64,000 nucleotides of DNA from Octopus bimaculoides (lineage: Eukaryota). A model generated the notes under the pieces. It had not been told where the DNA came from. It did no database searches and saw only the letters and a list, made by a program, of their open reading frames with translations. The first letter of the stretch is position 1. Every line of letters begins with the position of its first letter. The stretch spans positions 42,140,777 through 42,204,776 of the forward strand of contig NC_068994.1 in assembly GCF_001194135.2 (NCBI RefSeq), read 5' to 3'. Positions 14,610 through 28,603 of the stretch are shown here, in pieces. The translations under genes and the position numbers were made by a program.

Positions 14610-15273
14610 AAGTGCATTCTCTGTCTCCTACAACTCACTCCTTCATCAACCTGTCTCTTTACTAACACTTTCTTTTGTCCTTATCATATCACTTTTGTAT
14701 TTTTCAATTTAATCACCTTACCAACAACAAACATATAACTGCATTTCAAATTTTCCCCCTTTCTTCAATAATGCCCTTCTCGAACATTTTCTTCTTCCTA
14801 TCACTACGTTCCCTGTATTATTTGCTCATCTACTCACCCTTTCACAACAGGTCTCTCTCTCTTTCTCCCTCCTTCTCTTTCATCCTCCCTCTCTCTCTGT
14901 CTCTGTCTGTCTGTCTATCCCCCTCTCTCTTTCATTCATGACTCCATATTCTCTTCACCATATTGGTCATGTGGTTTTGAATAAATTGAAATTATGTAGT
15001 GCAAAAATGGATCTTTAGTCTACTGAAATGAAGCAAACACTCCAATGCTTCCATCAAGATAAAAATGATCCTAGTTGACGATGGAAATGAAATGTGTTAA
15101 GAAGGGCCACCACTCAAATAAGCCATGCTAAAAATTGAATGCACAGGTGTGACGTGTTCCTTGGGTCATTTCAAGAGTTAGAAATGATTGTGGTAGTGAT
15201 GACCTGTTCAACTGAGGGTGCCATTGAAAGATGGATGTAGATAAAGATGACCAAAAGATGATGCATACAGTTA

Positions 15274-15274
<1 letters not shown>

Positions 15275-15309
<35 letters not shown>

Positions 15310-15352
15310 TATGGACATATATATATATATATTAATATATGTATTAATTATT

Positions 15353-15387
<35 letters not shown>

Positions 15388-15995
15388 TGTATGTATGAGT
15401 ATATACAGGCACACACACACACACACATATATAATTATATATATACATACATATATATCTGTATATACATATACATATATAGACATAGATATATATACAT
15501 ACATTGATGCATACATATATATATATATATATATATGAATATATATATATATATACACACACATACATATGTGTATCAATTCAAACTACCCAAATTATAC
15601 AATTCTAAAATTCATAAAAGATCAGAAAACATATAGTAAAACTGAAATGTGTTTACTTTCTCTAAAAGTAGCCTGGAATTGTGTTTTCTTGTATGCCATG
15701 TGTTTGATTGTTTGTGTGAATGTGAATGCATTTGTGTTTGTATATTTATCTATCAGTCCTTCTGCCTGTATGAGCATTCACGCATGACTGTACATATGTA
15801 TATCTTATGTTATGACCAGGTTTATGAGTAATGACATGCTTCCTGCTAGTTAACACTTTTTTGTAGAGCGTGTGTGTATTTGTGTGCAGATGTGCATGTG
15901 GGTGTTCATAAGTGCATATAGCTATGCAGGTGGGTAACTTTTGGCGGGAGTAATTTTCGGATCAAAAGCTATCTATCTATCTATATATCTATATC

Positions 15996-16034
<39 letters not shown>

Positions 16035-16111
16035 GCACATACATATACATATATATATATATATATATAGATACATACATACTTATATATTATATATATG
16101 ATGATGATGAT

Positions 16112-16152
<41 letters not shown>

Positions 16153-16644
16153 CATACATACACACATATATATATATATAAATATATATACATATATATN
16201 NNNNNNNNNNNNNNNNNNNNNNNNNNNNNNNNNNNNNNNNNNNNNNNNNNNNNNNNNNNNNNNNNNNNNNNNNNNNNNNNNNNNNNNNNNNNNNNNNNNN
16301 NNNNNNNNNNNNNNNNNNNNNNNNNNNNNNNNNNNNNNNNNNNNNNNNNNNNNNNNNNNNNNNNNNNNNNNNNNNNNNNNNNNNNNNNNNNNNNNNNNNN
16401 NNNNNNNNNNNNNNNNNNNNNNNNNNNNNNNNNNNNNNNNNNNNNNNNNNNNNNNNNNNNNNNNNNNNNNNNNNNNNNNNNNNNNNNNNNNNNNNNNNNN
16501 NNNNNNNNNNNNNNNNNNNNNNNNNNNNNNNNNNNNNNNNNNNNNNNNNNNNNNNNNNNNNNNNNNNNNNNTCTTATATAGTGGCGTTTTCAAACTTCTT
16601 TTTTATAAATATATACCCACTCATATGCCACCTTCACTTTTTAT

Positions 16645-16685
<41 letters not shown>

Positions 16686-17384
16686 CATGCATATATTTAT
16701 ATATATTAATTTAGAGAGATGGACAGATAGACAGGATGATGATGATGTGTGTGTGTGTGTGTGTGTGTGTGTGGAGAGATGAGGTTGAGCAGTCAATAGA
16801 CAGATAGATAGGTAAAAAGATTAAAGTAAATAATAAATAAACAACTCACTAAATGAGTATGCAACTAAAATTCTTTCCATCCATGTGGCCTTGCATGAGC
16901 AAAATGACCTGTTCAAGTCATTAAGTGTCTTGCATTATTAACACAAAGACACTCCAATTAGCTGCTATCATTCTCTGTAGGTATGGGAAGTCTTTAAGAA
17001 AGTCTGCACTAATTATCAGTACATACAGCCATCCCTTCTGTTCCAATATTAACACATCTTCCCAACTGTCAGCAATGCTAGAATAGCTGTCACCCTGCTT
17101 TAAGCCAGTGGTTAGATTCTATTATTACTTTTGTTCTGAAACTTATTTACTCTACAAGACTTTCTTAGAATCTCTTTCAAGACTTTTCATTGTTATCTGT
17201 CTGTTTTTTTTTCTGGGTTTTTTTTCTGTTTTGTTCCATGTTTTTCTCTTCCTTGTAATCGTTGCATTCTCAAAACATAAAATATGTCCACATGTGTGTT
17301 TTCAGGTGTTTATCTATCTATCTATCTATCTATCTATCTGTCTATTTTTCTATCTATCTGTCTGTCTATCTGTCTGTCTCTTTT

Positions 17385-17435
<51 letters not shown>

Positions 17436-17651
17436 GTCTATCTGTCTCTTTTTCTATCTATCTATCTATCTACCTATCTATCTATCTATCTATCTATCAT
17501 TTTTGAAAAGAAAAGCTCAACATTTGTATTTGTCCCCTCTGTGTTCAGCCCTGCATGGCCAGTAAAGAAAGTTATTTATCTATCAATCTATCTATTTATC
17601 TATCTATTTATCACAGTTAGATGTCTGTGTGTGTTTGTAAATGTGAGTGTG

Positions 17652-17690
<39 letters not shown>

Positions 17691-17847
17691 AGAGGGATTA
17701 AAATATACCTATGTACATAGAAGTTTATTCTTTAAAATTCTGTGTATGCTAATATTTAAGCAGAGTTTAGTTTCTGAGAGTGTTAAGTGGGTTTACATAT
17801 CTAAGTGTTTTTGTTTAATTGTTTGTGTTTGTGTGAGTGCTATGTTG

Positions 17848-17891
<44 letters not shown>

Positions 17892-17900
17892 TTTTGTGAA
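15275..17900. repeat. Compound microsatellite field (TA, CA, TATC)
   Basis: 15275-16200 TA/CA; 17310-17500 (TATC)n; 17640-17900 (TG)n. Confidence 0.95.
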
Positions 17901-18469
17901 TTTGTGTTCTGTGTGTGAATATTTCTCTTAGTTTTGGCAGTAAATTAGTGATGTGAAGGATACGTTCGTTCGTCTTAATTGGAGCTGAGATACAAAACTA
18001 ACAATATCATAGATAGAGAGACAAATAAAGTGTGAGATAGAAAGGGAGAAAGTTACATGCATGTTTGTCTTTTTCTTTTATCTTTTTCCTACATGCTGAT
18101 TCGGTTTAGAAATAAGAACAAATTAGGAATATTTCCCTCTTGTCATGCTGGTAGTCAACTAACAACAGCACGGAATCGGAATAGTCAGATACATGTGAAA
18201 GATAATTACTAGGAACATCACATTATACACGTAAAAGCGAAGGGGTGTGGAGATGGTGTGGTAGTGTGATAGAGTGGCTGAAGGGTAGAGTGATAGAGTT
18301 GGTGATGGGCAGGACTTCAAACTGTTACCGAAATCCTCTCAGTTTTCTCAAACAAACTAATCAAACAGGATATAGGAGGAATGTATTTGTATATTTATTC
18401 AAGTAATGGATAAAAAAATGATAAGAAATCTCAATATGTAATAAACCTTGTTATTTGAATTTAGATCGA

Positions 18470-18494
18470 TAGAAAATAAAATGATAATGATATC

Positions 18495-18549
<55 letters not shown>

Positions 18550-18578
18550 GTGATGATGATGACGATGATGATAATAAA

Positions 18579-18618
<40 letters not shown>

Positions 18619-18670
18619 GTAGCAATGATGACGGTGATGACAATGACAACAATGACAATGATGATGGTTC
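18470..18670. repeat. (AAT)n/(GAT)n trinucleotide tract
   Basis: Direct inspection. Similar tracts at 10110-10155, 34590-34695 (TAG), 35590-35720 and 41005-41075. Confidence 0.95.
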
Positions 18671-20356
18671 TTTTTTATTTTGGCACAAGGCCAGTAATTT
18701 TGAGTAGCATGGACAAGTTAAATTACACTGATTCCAGTACTTTGCTAGTACTTAATTTATTGACCCTGAAAGAATGAAAGGCAAGGTGAACCCCAGAAGA
18801 ATTTGATCTCAGAAAATATAATAATAATAATGATAAACAAAAAATAACTGTATATAGTAAACAATTCCCGAGAATTGTAAATTTTTGCATAAATCACAAC
18901 TTATGGAAACTAAAAATAATGTGTTTGCATAGAGTAGGAGAGGGAGGGAGTAATTCTTTTTAAATCTCCGTGTTTTTCAAAAGTGTTTTGTTTACTTTTC
19001 CTCACTTTTTAAATCCCTTCCATGAAATCTCTTCCTTGTTATATGCCAAATTTAAGGGACAGGAACATGCAACATAGTTTGACAACTTTTTGATGAAATA
19101 ATAAATGTTGTAAATACTTCTACCTGTCTACATTAAAATAATCATTTGTTGATCTTGCTTATAAGGAAAACGACAAAGCACCGTTAAAGTCTTCTCTAAA
19201 CTAGAAGTATGAGAATAACTCTCTTTTTCTTTCTTATATTATATAGCATTCTTTAACAGTCAATATGTATCACCAAAAGTAATAATGAAATTAATTAAAT
19301 AGATTATACCTTGAAATAAAACTAGCTTTGTATCTAACAAGCAAATCAATATTAAGTTTTAAGAAACAGAGATTTGTGGTTATCCTTGTATATTTGTTTT
19401 TTTTCTCGTGTTCAGGAATATAATAACTTTTTGTAAGTTTAATTCATTTGCTATCATTTCATAGGAAATAATAAAGTCTATGTTTTTTTCAATTGATTTT
19501 TGAAATAATCAAATAGTTGGTGAGATTTTGTAGAAGTTTTCGATTATTGTACAATTTGAGTTGACTTGGACCTCAAGGTTCACATATCTGTTTAAACCAT
19601 AAGGTAAAACTTTATGTTCCTGTCTACAGAAATTTTACTTTAAATTCGATTTGACTTTACTACATGTATTGAGTTAGCCATCAGTAAATGTTCCATTGTT
19701 ATTTTTAAACTAACTTTAACGTAGCACCCTTATATAATATTATATTAAGCTTTATCATTATCAAACGGGTGTTTGGAACACAATGTAAAACAGAATAAAG
19801 ATGAAAAGTTTAAAGTAAAATATAAACACTTAAAAAAGATGGTTTTCATATGGTATGAAAAGAGTTAACAAATGTTTGCTAAAGTTCTAATCATAACCAG
19901 CTAGAACAGCTCTCAATTTTCCATACATACCTTAACATTTGTATGCTTAAAACATCAAGTTTACCAAATCATTTCATTTATTTAATTGATTATTATTACT
20001 TAATCAGAATATTTTAGATGATTGTAGAAATGAAATCCATTTCTTGTAAAAAGTTATTGTGAGCATTTGTTTCATATATTTTCAAAACTTGTAAAATCAA
20101 CAAAGTAACTGTTTTGGTATAAAAGTATACAAATGGAAGAAGGAATAAGTTTTTAAATGGTGAAGAGAGAAAGTGAATAAAAATGTTAAGAAAGTGTCAA
20201 GTAATGAAAGGAAGAATGATGACAAAAGAATAACAGATTAAAAAGTTATCAAGACAAAAGAAATAAAGACTTAGAAAGTGAGAAACTGAAAAGGAAAGAT
20301 TTGTGAGTAGAAAAAGAGACGAGGAAGAGAAGAGAAACAAATAAATAAAGAAAGAG

Positions 20357-20416
<60 letters not shown>

Positions 20417-20912
20417 NNNNNNNNNNNNNNNNNNNNNNNNNNNNNNNNNNNNNNNNNNNNNNNNNNNNNNNNNNNNNNNNNNNNNNNNNNNNNNNNNNNN
20501 NNNNNNNNNNNNNNNNNNNNNNNNNNNNNNNNNNNNNNNNNNNNNNNNNNNNNNNNNNNNNNNNNNNNNNNNNNNNNNNNNNNNNNNNNNNNNNNNNNNN
20601 NNNNNNNNNNNNNNNNNNNNNNNNNNNNNNNNNNNNNNNNNNNNNNNNNNNNNNNNNNNNNNNNNNNNNNNNNNNNNNNNNNNNNNNNNNNNNNNNNNNN
20701 NNNNNNNNNNNNNNNNNNNNNNNNNNNNNNNNNNNNNNNNNNNNNNNNNNNNNNNNNNNNNNNNNNNNNNNNNNNNNNNNNNNNNNNNNNNNNNNNNNNN
20801 NNNNNNNNNNNNNNNNNNNNNNNNNNNNNNNNNNNNNNNNNNNNNNNNNNNNNNNNNNNNNNNNNNNNNNNNNNNNNNNNNNNNNNNNNNNNNNNNNTAT
20901 AATATAACTTAC

Positions 20913-21044
20913 CTGTGGCATATTATCCGTGTAAATTCATCTCAACTGGAGACGTACATCCTGATGCAGAGTTCTACTTTGACTGCTGCCGGTATGTGAC
21001 AGCCACTGCGGCTGCTGCTGCTGCCGCTGCTGCCGTGCACATCT
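20913..21044 (-). other. GC-rich exon-like island ending in a perfect donor (5'UTR/first exon, or stop-containing exon)
   Basis: Ends ATG CCA CAG|GTAAGT. Contains an imperfect (CAG)n tract. All three minus frames contain a stop. The upstream boundary is uncertain (weak acceptor CTAACTAG). Confidence 0.4.
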
Positions 21045-21074
21045 CTAGTTAGGTTTCTCATATATGTAGATAGT

Positions 21075-22021
21075 TTGTGTGTGCCTGCAGCTCTCTTGGT
21101 GTTTCAAAGAGTGTGTGTGTGTACGTGTGTGTGTGTGTGTACGTGTGTGTGTGTGTGTGTGTGTGTGTGGTATATGTGTGGTATATGTGTCTCTGTGTGT
21201 TATATGTGTCTGTGTGTTATATGTGGTGCATATGTTGTGTGTGTGTGCGTGTGTGCCTGTGAGTGTGTGTACGTACCTATGAGTGTGTGTATGTATGTGA
21301 GCATGTGCCTATGTGAGTGTGTGTGTGAGTGTACATGTGTTAGTGTGTTTGTGTGTGTGTGTGCATGCTTCTGGTGTTCTCCAACATACACATAACAGCA
21401 AGCATATTAATCTTAAGGCATGCATTGCATATAAGACTAAGCTGGTGTGCAAATAAGTGTAGCATCATGCACATGCATGTGTGCGTGTGTGTGTGCGTCA
21501 CTGTGTATGTGTGTTTGTGTGTGAGCATGTATAGCAGTATGTGCTGTAAGTATGTATGTATGTTGGCTTTTCCATGTGTCAGTATGTCTTTATTTCCATG
21601 CGTGTATCATAGACATATACACATATGCCTGTATGTGTATATGTCTATGTGTGAGCATGTATGTGTATGTGCTTGTTCATGTGTGCATGTGTGTGTGCGC
21701 GTGCGTGACTGTTTCTAATAGTTTTGTTCTTCTTTATTGGTTAATAAGGTTTATGTGGAATGGATTGGACTGAGAATTCCCCTCTTCTTCTCCACACCAC
21801 CCTACCACTTCTATCATAAAACTCAAACAAGTTTATTGAATAAAAACTGAGCTAGTCACATTATTGATAGATGAAGCACACACACACACACACACACACA
21901 AATTTTACACACATTATACGCACAACACACAGATATGTATATTTATGTGTTTTTTATGTACAGTCATATGAAGCTGCCCCACAGTAAAACTTTAAAGTCA
22001 CTGGCAACCTTTTCCCTTGCT

Positions 22022-22066
<45 letters not shown>

Positions 22067-22440
22067 GTGTGTGGATGCATACACACACATACATATTTAC
22101 ATACATATAGGTATATACATATATATATATATATATACACTGGCTATAAATATGTACATATGCATGTGTGCATTTCATAAGTAAGTGTGTTTGAGTATGT
22201 ATATATATATATATATATATATATAGATTGATAGATAAATATACACATATATATATATGTATATACATGTATTATATATATAAACATATATATGTGTATA
22301 TATATATCTATATATCTACCTATATATATGTGTGTGTATCTCTCTCTGTATATATGTACACAAACACACACACATATATATGCATATGCATGCAAGCTTA
22401 TGTATGTAGGTAAGCATTTCTGTATGTATGTGTGTGTGTG
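21075..22440. repeat. Long degenerate (TG)n/(TA)n field
   Basis: Cryptically simple RY alternation over about 1.4 kb. Confidence 0.95.
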
Positions 22441-23694
22441 TGCGTGTGTTTGAAGCTAGATTGTCACACACTTACATTCAATAAAAACATTGTTTGTCTC
22501 TTATTCCCCACACAACCCCCTACTACCAACCACCCTTCCAATCTCCAAGAAGACTACCTTCCATTTTCTCTAAAAATAACATTTCATATAGACTCTTGCA
22601 CAAAATTCAATTTTCTATTTGGGAAGAAAATCTTGTTTATTCTGTCAAAAATCCATTCAACGCTTTTGCTTGGTCCTAGCCTTCTCAGCTGAGAACTCTC
22701 TTCACTGACAGCACGACTACTTATAAGTTGACTGAAGTATAAAGATGTACAATCCAAGTTAATGTTTTAGCCTTTCAGCCATGCTTGCTTGGCCTCAATC
22801 TATGATTAAACAATAGAAACGGCTTTCAAATCTATTTTTCTAAAGAAGCCTATTGATGTATGAAAAATCATTGATTTTTCCCCTGGAAATAGTGCTTTTA
22901 TTTATTCATCTTTGTTATTTTGTGTGTGTGTGTATGTATGTGTGTGTTGGGTGGAGGGAGTCTCCATTATTTTTTATTTTTATTTCCTATTTTATTTTTA
23001 TTATTATTAGTAGTATTATTTCTTTTCCTTCCTTCCTCTGTTTTTTTTATTTATTTTATATTTGGTTGCTGTTTTGTTTATCTTCTTTTGCATAATACAT
23101 TTTTTATATCTTCTGCTCAAATAATTTTGTCGGTTGAAACTACTCCAAGCAGAAAAATATTCATAAGCAATCTATTGTTAATTCATCAATAATCCGAAAT
23201 GTCTTCATTTTTGTTTTGGGAATTCAGTGAAATTCTTGTCTTTCTTTTCTTACATTTTACTTTTTCTTTTATTCTTTTGCTTTTCTTTTTTAATCTATTT
23301 ATTTATTTATTCATTTTTCCTTCCTTCCATTTTTTTATTTTTAATATTTTATTTTATTGAGGTTTGGATATTCCAAACAGTTTTCTCATTGAGTTTTATC
23401 TTGGCTGCCACTAAGGACAAAGAAATGATGGAAAACTGTAAGAAATTTATTCAACATTTTTTTTTTCCCTTTCCCTCATTTATATCTAAGGAATAGCAAA
23501 AAGAAAAAAGGTCGGTATTTTATTTTGCAAGAAGATGTCAAAAGAGAAGAACGGCTGAAGCCAAATTGAACATTTTGTTCTTCGTTTATTTATGATCAAT
23601 TGAGGATTGACTCATACAAAAGACAGTTTCTCTCAATTTTTGCTAAATTTCATTAAACCCTTGGATATTATTTATTGTATCAGTTGTTGGCTTT

Positions 23695-23734
<40 letters not shown>

Positions 23735-25774
23735 AATAGAGAAATATATTGTCAAAAATATGAAGAGTGGAAAAAAAAAAATGAAATTTTCAGTGTTATT
23801 TCTTAGCCTAAGAGTTTCCTAAGCTTCGTGTATTATTAATATGAAGACAAATTTTAGCAGATCTCCTATAAAAATATATTTTCTTCAAAAACATATTGCC
23901 AACAAATGTATTTACACATACAATATAACTACTCTGCTGGCATGTACATTTATGCAAATAGCCTGAGTTCATCTCCAACCAGTAACATCTACACTCATAA
24001 TCAAAGTTTACTGCTAAAATATAACAGAGGGGGAAAAAAATCATTTATGTACACAGTTTAAGTACATACATCCAACAACCATATTCCTATATTAGAGATA
24101 GCTCACAGGCTAATTTCAGTGATTTATTTTTTTTCTTTCTGTATGATTTATATTCAGAAACAAACGTCTGAAATAGCCATAAAATTAACATAGCAGATTT
24201 ATGTACACAGCTAACCATTAGCATCTACACATATAATTTAAGCCCCACCATCAACTTGTAAACATCCATATACATATCTTTGTTACTCCTACCTCATATA
24301 GATTTTTTAAAAAATAAGTATCTATTTTGTCTCATAATATTTTTTCAACATTTCCAGCTATATCATTTATATGGTTATCTTACACATATAATTCATAGAG
24401 GGATTTTTAAGATGTTAAAAATGCTGAAATTTTAGACTCTTTTATGGATTAAAAAGTATTTTAAGTAGAAAGATTCATATGCTATGATATCCATCACATT
24501 TACTTTCAAGTTATATCTACCTAGGTTCAAAGTTACTGGATGACATAAAAATGTTTGAGTGGATTAAGTGTTGGACAGCTGGCCTATGATTCAGAGATAA
24601 TATTGGCTGGCAGTACGAACTAACCTAAACCAGCTTTATGAGATTATTGCTAAAAGGTTTACGGAAAAGGAAAGTACATAAAAAGCATAAAAGAAAAAAA
24701 AGAAACCAAATAATGGAAAAAAGATGATCATATCAAACATGCCTTTTCCTTGATGGAGACATACATGATGTGGCAGCGGAATTTGTGCTGAGGGAAAAGT
24801 CATTTCTTCTTAGACACAGAATGAAGAATAAATATAGAATGCCAATAATATCTTCTTCAAAATAAAGCCAGTATAAATTGTTGTTGCTGTTGTTGTTATT
24901 GTTGTTCATCAGCCTCAGGTCAAAATAGTGGACAAATACCTATGAGCTACAACCATTCCCATATATGATTTGTTTTTAAGGAAAAGCCTATTCTGACTAC
25001 ATTATTCAAAATATTATATTTCTAAGATAGTGTGATATGGTTTCAAGGGAGTTTAAGCTGCTATTTCCAGTAGATGGAGTGATAGCACATACTTGAGGTG
25101 GAGAAATCCCTAGTCCAGGGGTATAATTTTACCCACATTCAAATTTGCGGCTGTCTGGTAATGAAGTTTCTAAAAACACATGCGGCAAAAAATGTTCTGA
25201 GCCTTGAGGGTGATGACTAGGATTTAATATAAGCTGCATCCATTGTGAGTTCCTGTCTTTGAATAGGCATTCCATATCCTTGCACTCTGTTGGAGGCTGC
25301 TAAAAGGGTTGGTATTTAGAAGAGCATCTGATTTGAAACATTTAGCTTCTTACCATACACACACACACACACACACGCACACACAAACAAACAACACACA
25401 ACAAAACACATATACACATATACACACAACAAAAACATGTAATATACATATATCATACACACACACACACACTATAATTAGGAATATGGAAACAAGAAGA
25501 ATGATATATGTAGCAATTCTTTATAAAGATACAGGTATGTGTGAGTTGAATGTAGATATCTACAAATGATGCTAAAATATGTCAGAGATATAATATATAG
25601 TGATGAAGGAAAGTTATCAGAAAATTATATTGAAACAATACAGAATAAGTAGATATTTGGAAGATGTGGAAAATGGTAAAGGTCTGATTGAGGGTAGAGA
25701 ACCATATCAACAATAGAGTATTCTGATAATGGCGTCCAGCTGAGAGCACATATTTAGGGTCGTTGTAATAGATG

Positions 25775-25935
25775 CAGGTGTGGCTGTGTGGTTTAAAAGT
25801 TTGCTTCCTGGTCATGTGGTCTTGGGTTCAGTCCCACTATGCATTACTTTGCACCAGTGTCTCCCACTATGGTCCCAAATCCTCCAAAGTCTCATGAGTA
25901 GATTTGGTGGATGGAAAGTGAAAGAAGCCCATTAT
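25775..25935 (+). mobile_element. SINE family A head only
   Basis: GGTGTGGCTGTGTGG...GGGTTCAGTCCCACT...AAAGAAGCCC. Confidence 0.75.
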
Positions 25936-25952
25936 ATATTTATATATATTCA

Positions 25953-26281
25953 AAGGCACATGGCTCAGTGGTTAGATCGTTGAGCTTACGATCGTGAGGG
26001 TGTGAGCTCGAATCCCAGACCAGGCTGCGTGTTGTGCTCTTGAGCAAGACACTTTATTACATGCTGGCCCAGTTCACTCAGCTGTAGAAATGAGTTGTGA
26101 TGTCACTGGTTCCAAGCTGTATCGACCTTTGCCTTTCCCTTGGATAACACTGGTGGCAAGGAGAGGGGAGGCCAGTATGCATGGGCGACTGCTGGTCTTC
26201 CATAAACAACCTTGCCTGGACTCGTGCCTCAGAGAGGAACTTTCTAGATGCAATCCCATGGTCAGTCATGACCGAAGGGAG

Positions 26282-26285
<4 letters not shown>
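25953..26285 (+). mobile_element. SINE with a tRNA+CORE head and a third tail type
   Basis: Head TGGCTCAGTGG..GAGCTCGAATCCC, CORE-like CTTGAGCAAGACACTTTA..CACTCAGCTGTAGAAATGAGT, unique tail ending GACCGAAGGGAGTCTC. Confidence 0.8.
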
Positions 26286-26327
<42 letters not shown>

Positions 26328-26664
26328 TGTGGGCATTCAGTTTTTGCCAAACAATCTGTACAAAGGATTTGTTTATTGAGATCAAATGTATATGTTGTAT
26401 ATTTATTCACTCCATCCATCAAATCAACATGGCTTGAACAGGTGGATGGTGTACCACACTTCAGGTGTCGAAGTGATCACAGAGCAATGTGAGATGAAGC
26501 ATTTTGCTCAAGAACACAACACACCACCCAGTGTTTCTCAACCTTTTTACCCTTGCATAACCCTTCACAGACGTCTGGTGTAGTCTTCTACCTGGCCAGC
26601 ATAGAAGACGGGCATTAAATGTTGATGATGATGATATATATATATATGTGTGTATATATGTGTC

Positions 26665-26695
<31 letters not shown>

Positions 26696-26698
26696 ATA

Positions 26699-26759
<61 letters not shown>

Positions 26760-28005
26760 GTGTGTGTGTGTGTGTGAGGCCCAAGTCGTCATTCACGGCT
26801 GTTCTGATAGTCTTGGGGTTCACTTATCTAACCCATGCCAGTATGGAAACAAAAAACCCATAAAAATGACCAAACTGACAGTACTCCATTAAGAACAGGT
26901 AGTTAAGTGTCTGCTAACATAGAAAGTGTAGTGAATTGAAAATAACTTTTAACTAATTGAAATTAAATTTTTGACATGAGGAAAAGTAATTAGCATTAAT
27001 GATAGTTTTTATCAAAGAAAGCAAGGAAGATAACTCCAAAATTTGAATTGCTTAAAATCCGAAGACTTAAAGTGGTGAGTAATTTGATCATCGGTAAACA
27101 TGGTGACAATACTAGATATGTTTCAGTATTATATCACCTCCTCAGAAAAAGTATAATCTGAAATGTTTTTAAGGGATAACAGAATAATGTATTAAATAGA
27201 ATTATTTTGTGAAAATTGTTATGTATGGTTAGATGCCTATATGGAGAATACAGAAACTGAAATACTAAATATATATTGCAAATATATTAATTATGCACGC
27301 ACACACTCTCATGCTTAGGTATGGTTAAGCAAACACTATGATTGTTATTCATGCTTCTATCAAGAGCCTTAATAATGTGAGAAGCAAAGATGCTATAAGC
27401 AACAACCGAAAATACTGTCAAAGGCAAGACAAAGCCTCCAGAATTTTATCTCTACTGTACAGCGTTACTCTGAAAGTCCATAAGAGGGAGCAAGTGAGTG
27501 TGTGCCATTAAAAACAGACATACATTGGAATAACTGAAGCAAGATTAGCATTCTTTTATTCTTTTACTCATTTCACTCATTTGATTATGGCCATGCTGGA
27601 GCACTGCACAAAAGATCTGTTGTAGATCATACTGAATCTAGTATTTATTTCAGTTTGGAACTTATTTTCATGGATTGCTAAATTATTGTTTTGATGTGGA
27701 TTAATGGACAGGGTGGGGAGGCAAAACTTGCAAAATTGTTGTAACAATTGAAACTCTCTCATTGCACATTTACAGGTTTCGTAATTCAAAAATAGGTTAA
27801 AAACATTCACATTTAATTACAAAATGAACAATGTTTGCAAAGTGTCCATCCATTGTAAATAAGGTATTCTTTGTTTTGCATTATGTTTCATATCATTTGG
27901 TGTAGTGGTTGCTGTGAAATATTATTGTAACTTTTAAAACAAGTCTTCCTTCCCTGCTCTAAAGCTTGAGACTAGTTTATGTTTACACCAGTAAATATAA
28001 ATACA

Positions 28006-28070
<65 letters not shown>

Positions 28071-28555
28071 GCACACATACTCACACACACGTATTCATAA
28101 GATTTCTATGCAATTTCTCCCTACCAAATTTCACTCATGAAACATTGATAAACCTGATGATAAAGTAGAACAGTGATATTTAACCAATATATCAGCATGC
28201 ACTTGGGATTGAACTTGGAGCCACATGGCTGCAAAATGTACTCCGTAAACACACTGCTATTAGAAATACTATATTGAAGATATACATATCATAAAAAGAC
28301 TATATTGATGAAGACCTGACTGACATTGCTGGAGGATAAATAAAATTTAACTATGTGGTAATATCATGTGCCCCATAGACATTTCAGGATTACATTCATA
28401 AATTACATATGTAAAACTGCACGACCTACGGGACGCTGTGTTTTTATTTTAGAGAACCTATGATATTTGTTTACCATATATTATACATACAAATACACAT
28501 ACAAACCATAGTATAAGACATATAAATATAAACACACATGCATACATACAAACGC

Positions 28556-28603
<48 letters not shown>

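Noticed and set aside
17027-17077. 51-nt minus-strand candidate (IADSWEDVLILEQKGW) and the 126-nt plus candidate 7047-7172
   Set aside because: Splice sites are only moderate and no homology is recognised; not distinguishable from chance.
20271-20416. Very strong pyrimidine tract and AG at about 20287 (minus) downstream of the MPQ donor
   Set aside because: It derives from a (GA)n purine tract, and splicing to it gives MPQFLTF*.
20903-21052. Plus-strand frame YNLPVAYYPCKFISTGDVHPDAEFYFDCCR with donor CG|GTATGT
   Set aside because: It looks protein-like but is preceded by an in-frame TAA with no ATG or AG acceptor before it. It is only rescuable if bases at the gap edge are wrong. The minus-strand donor is a better match.
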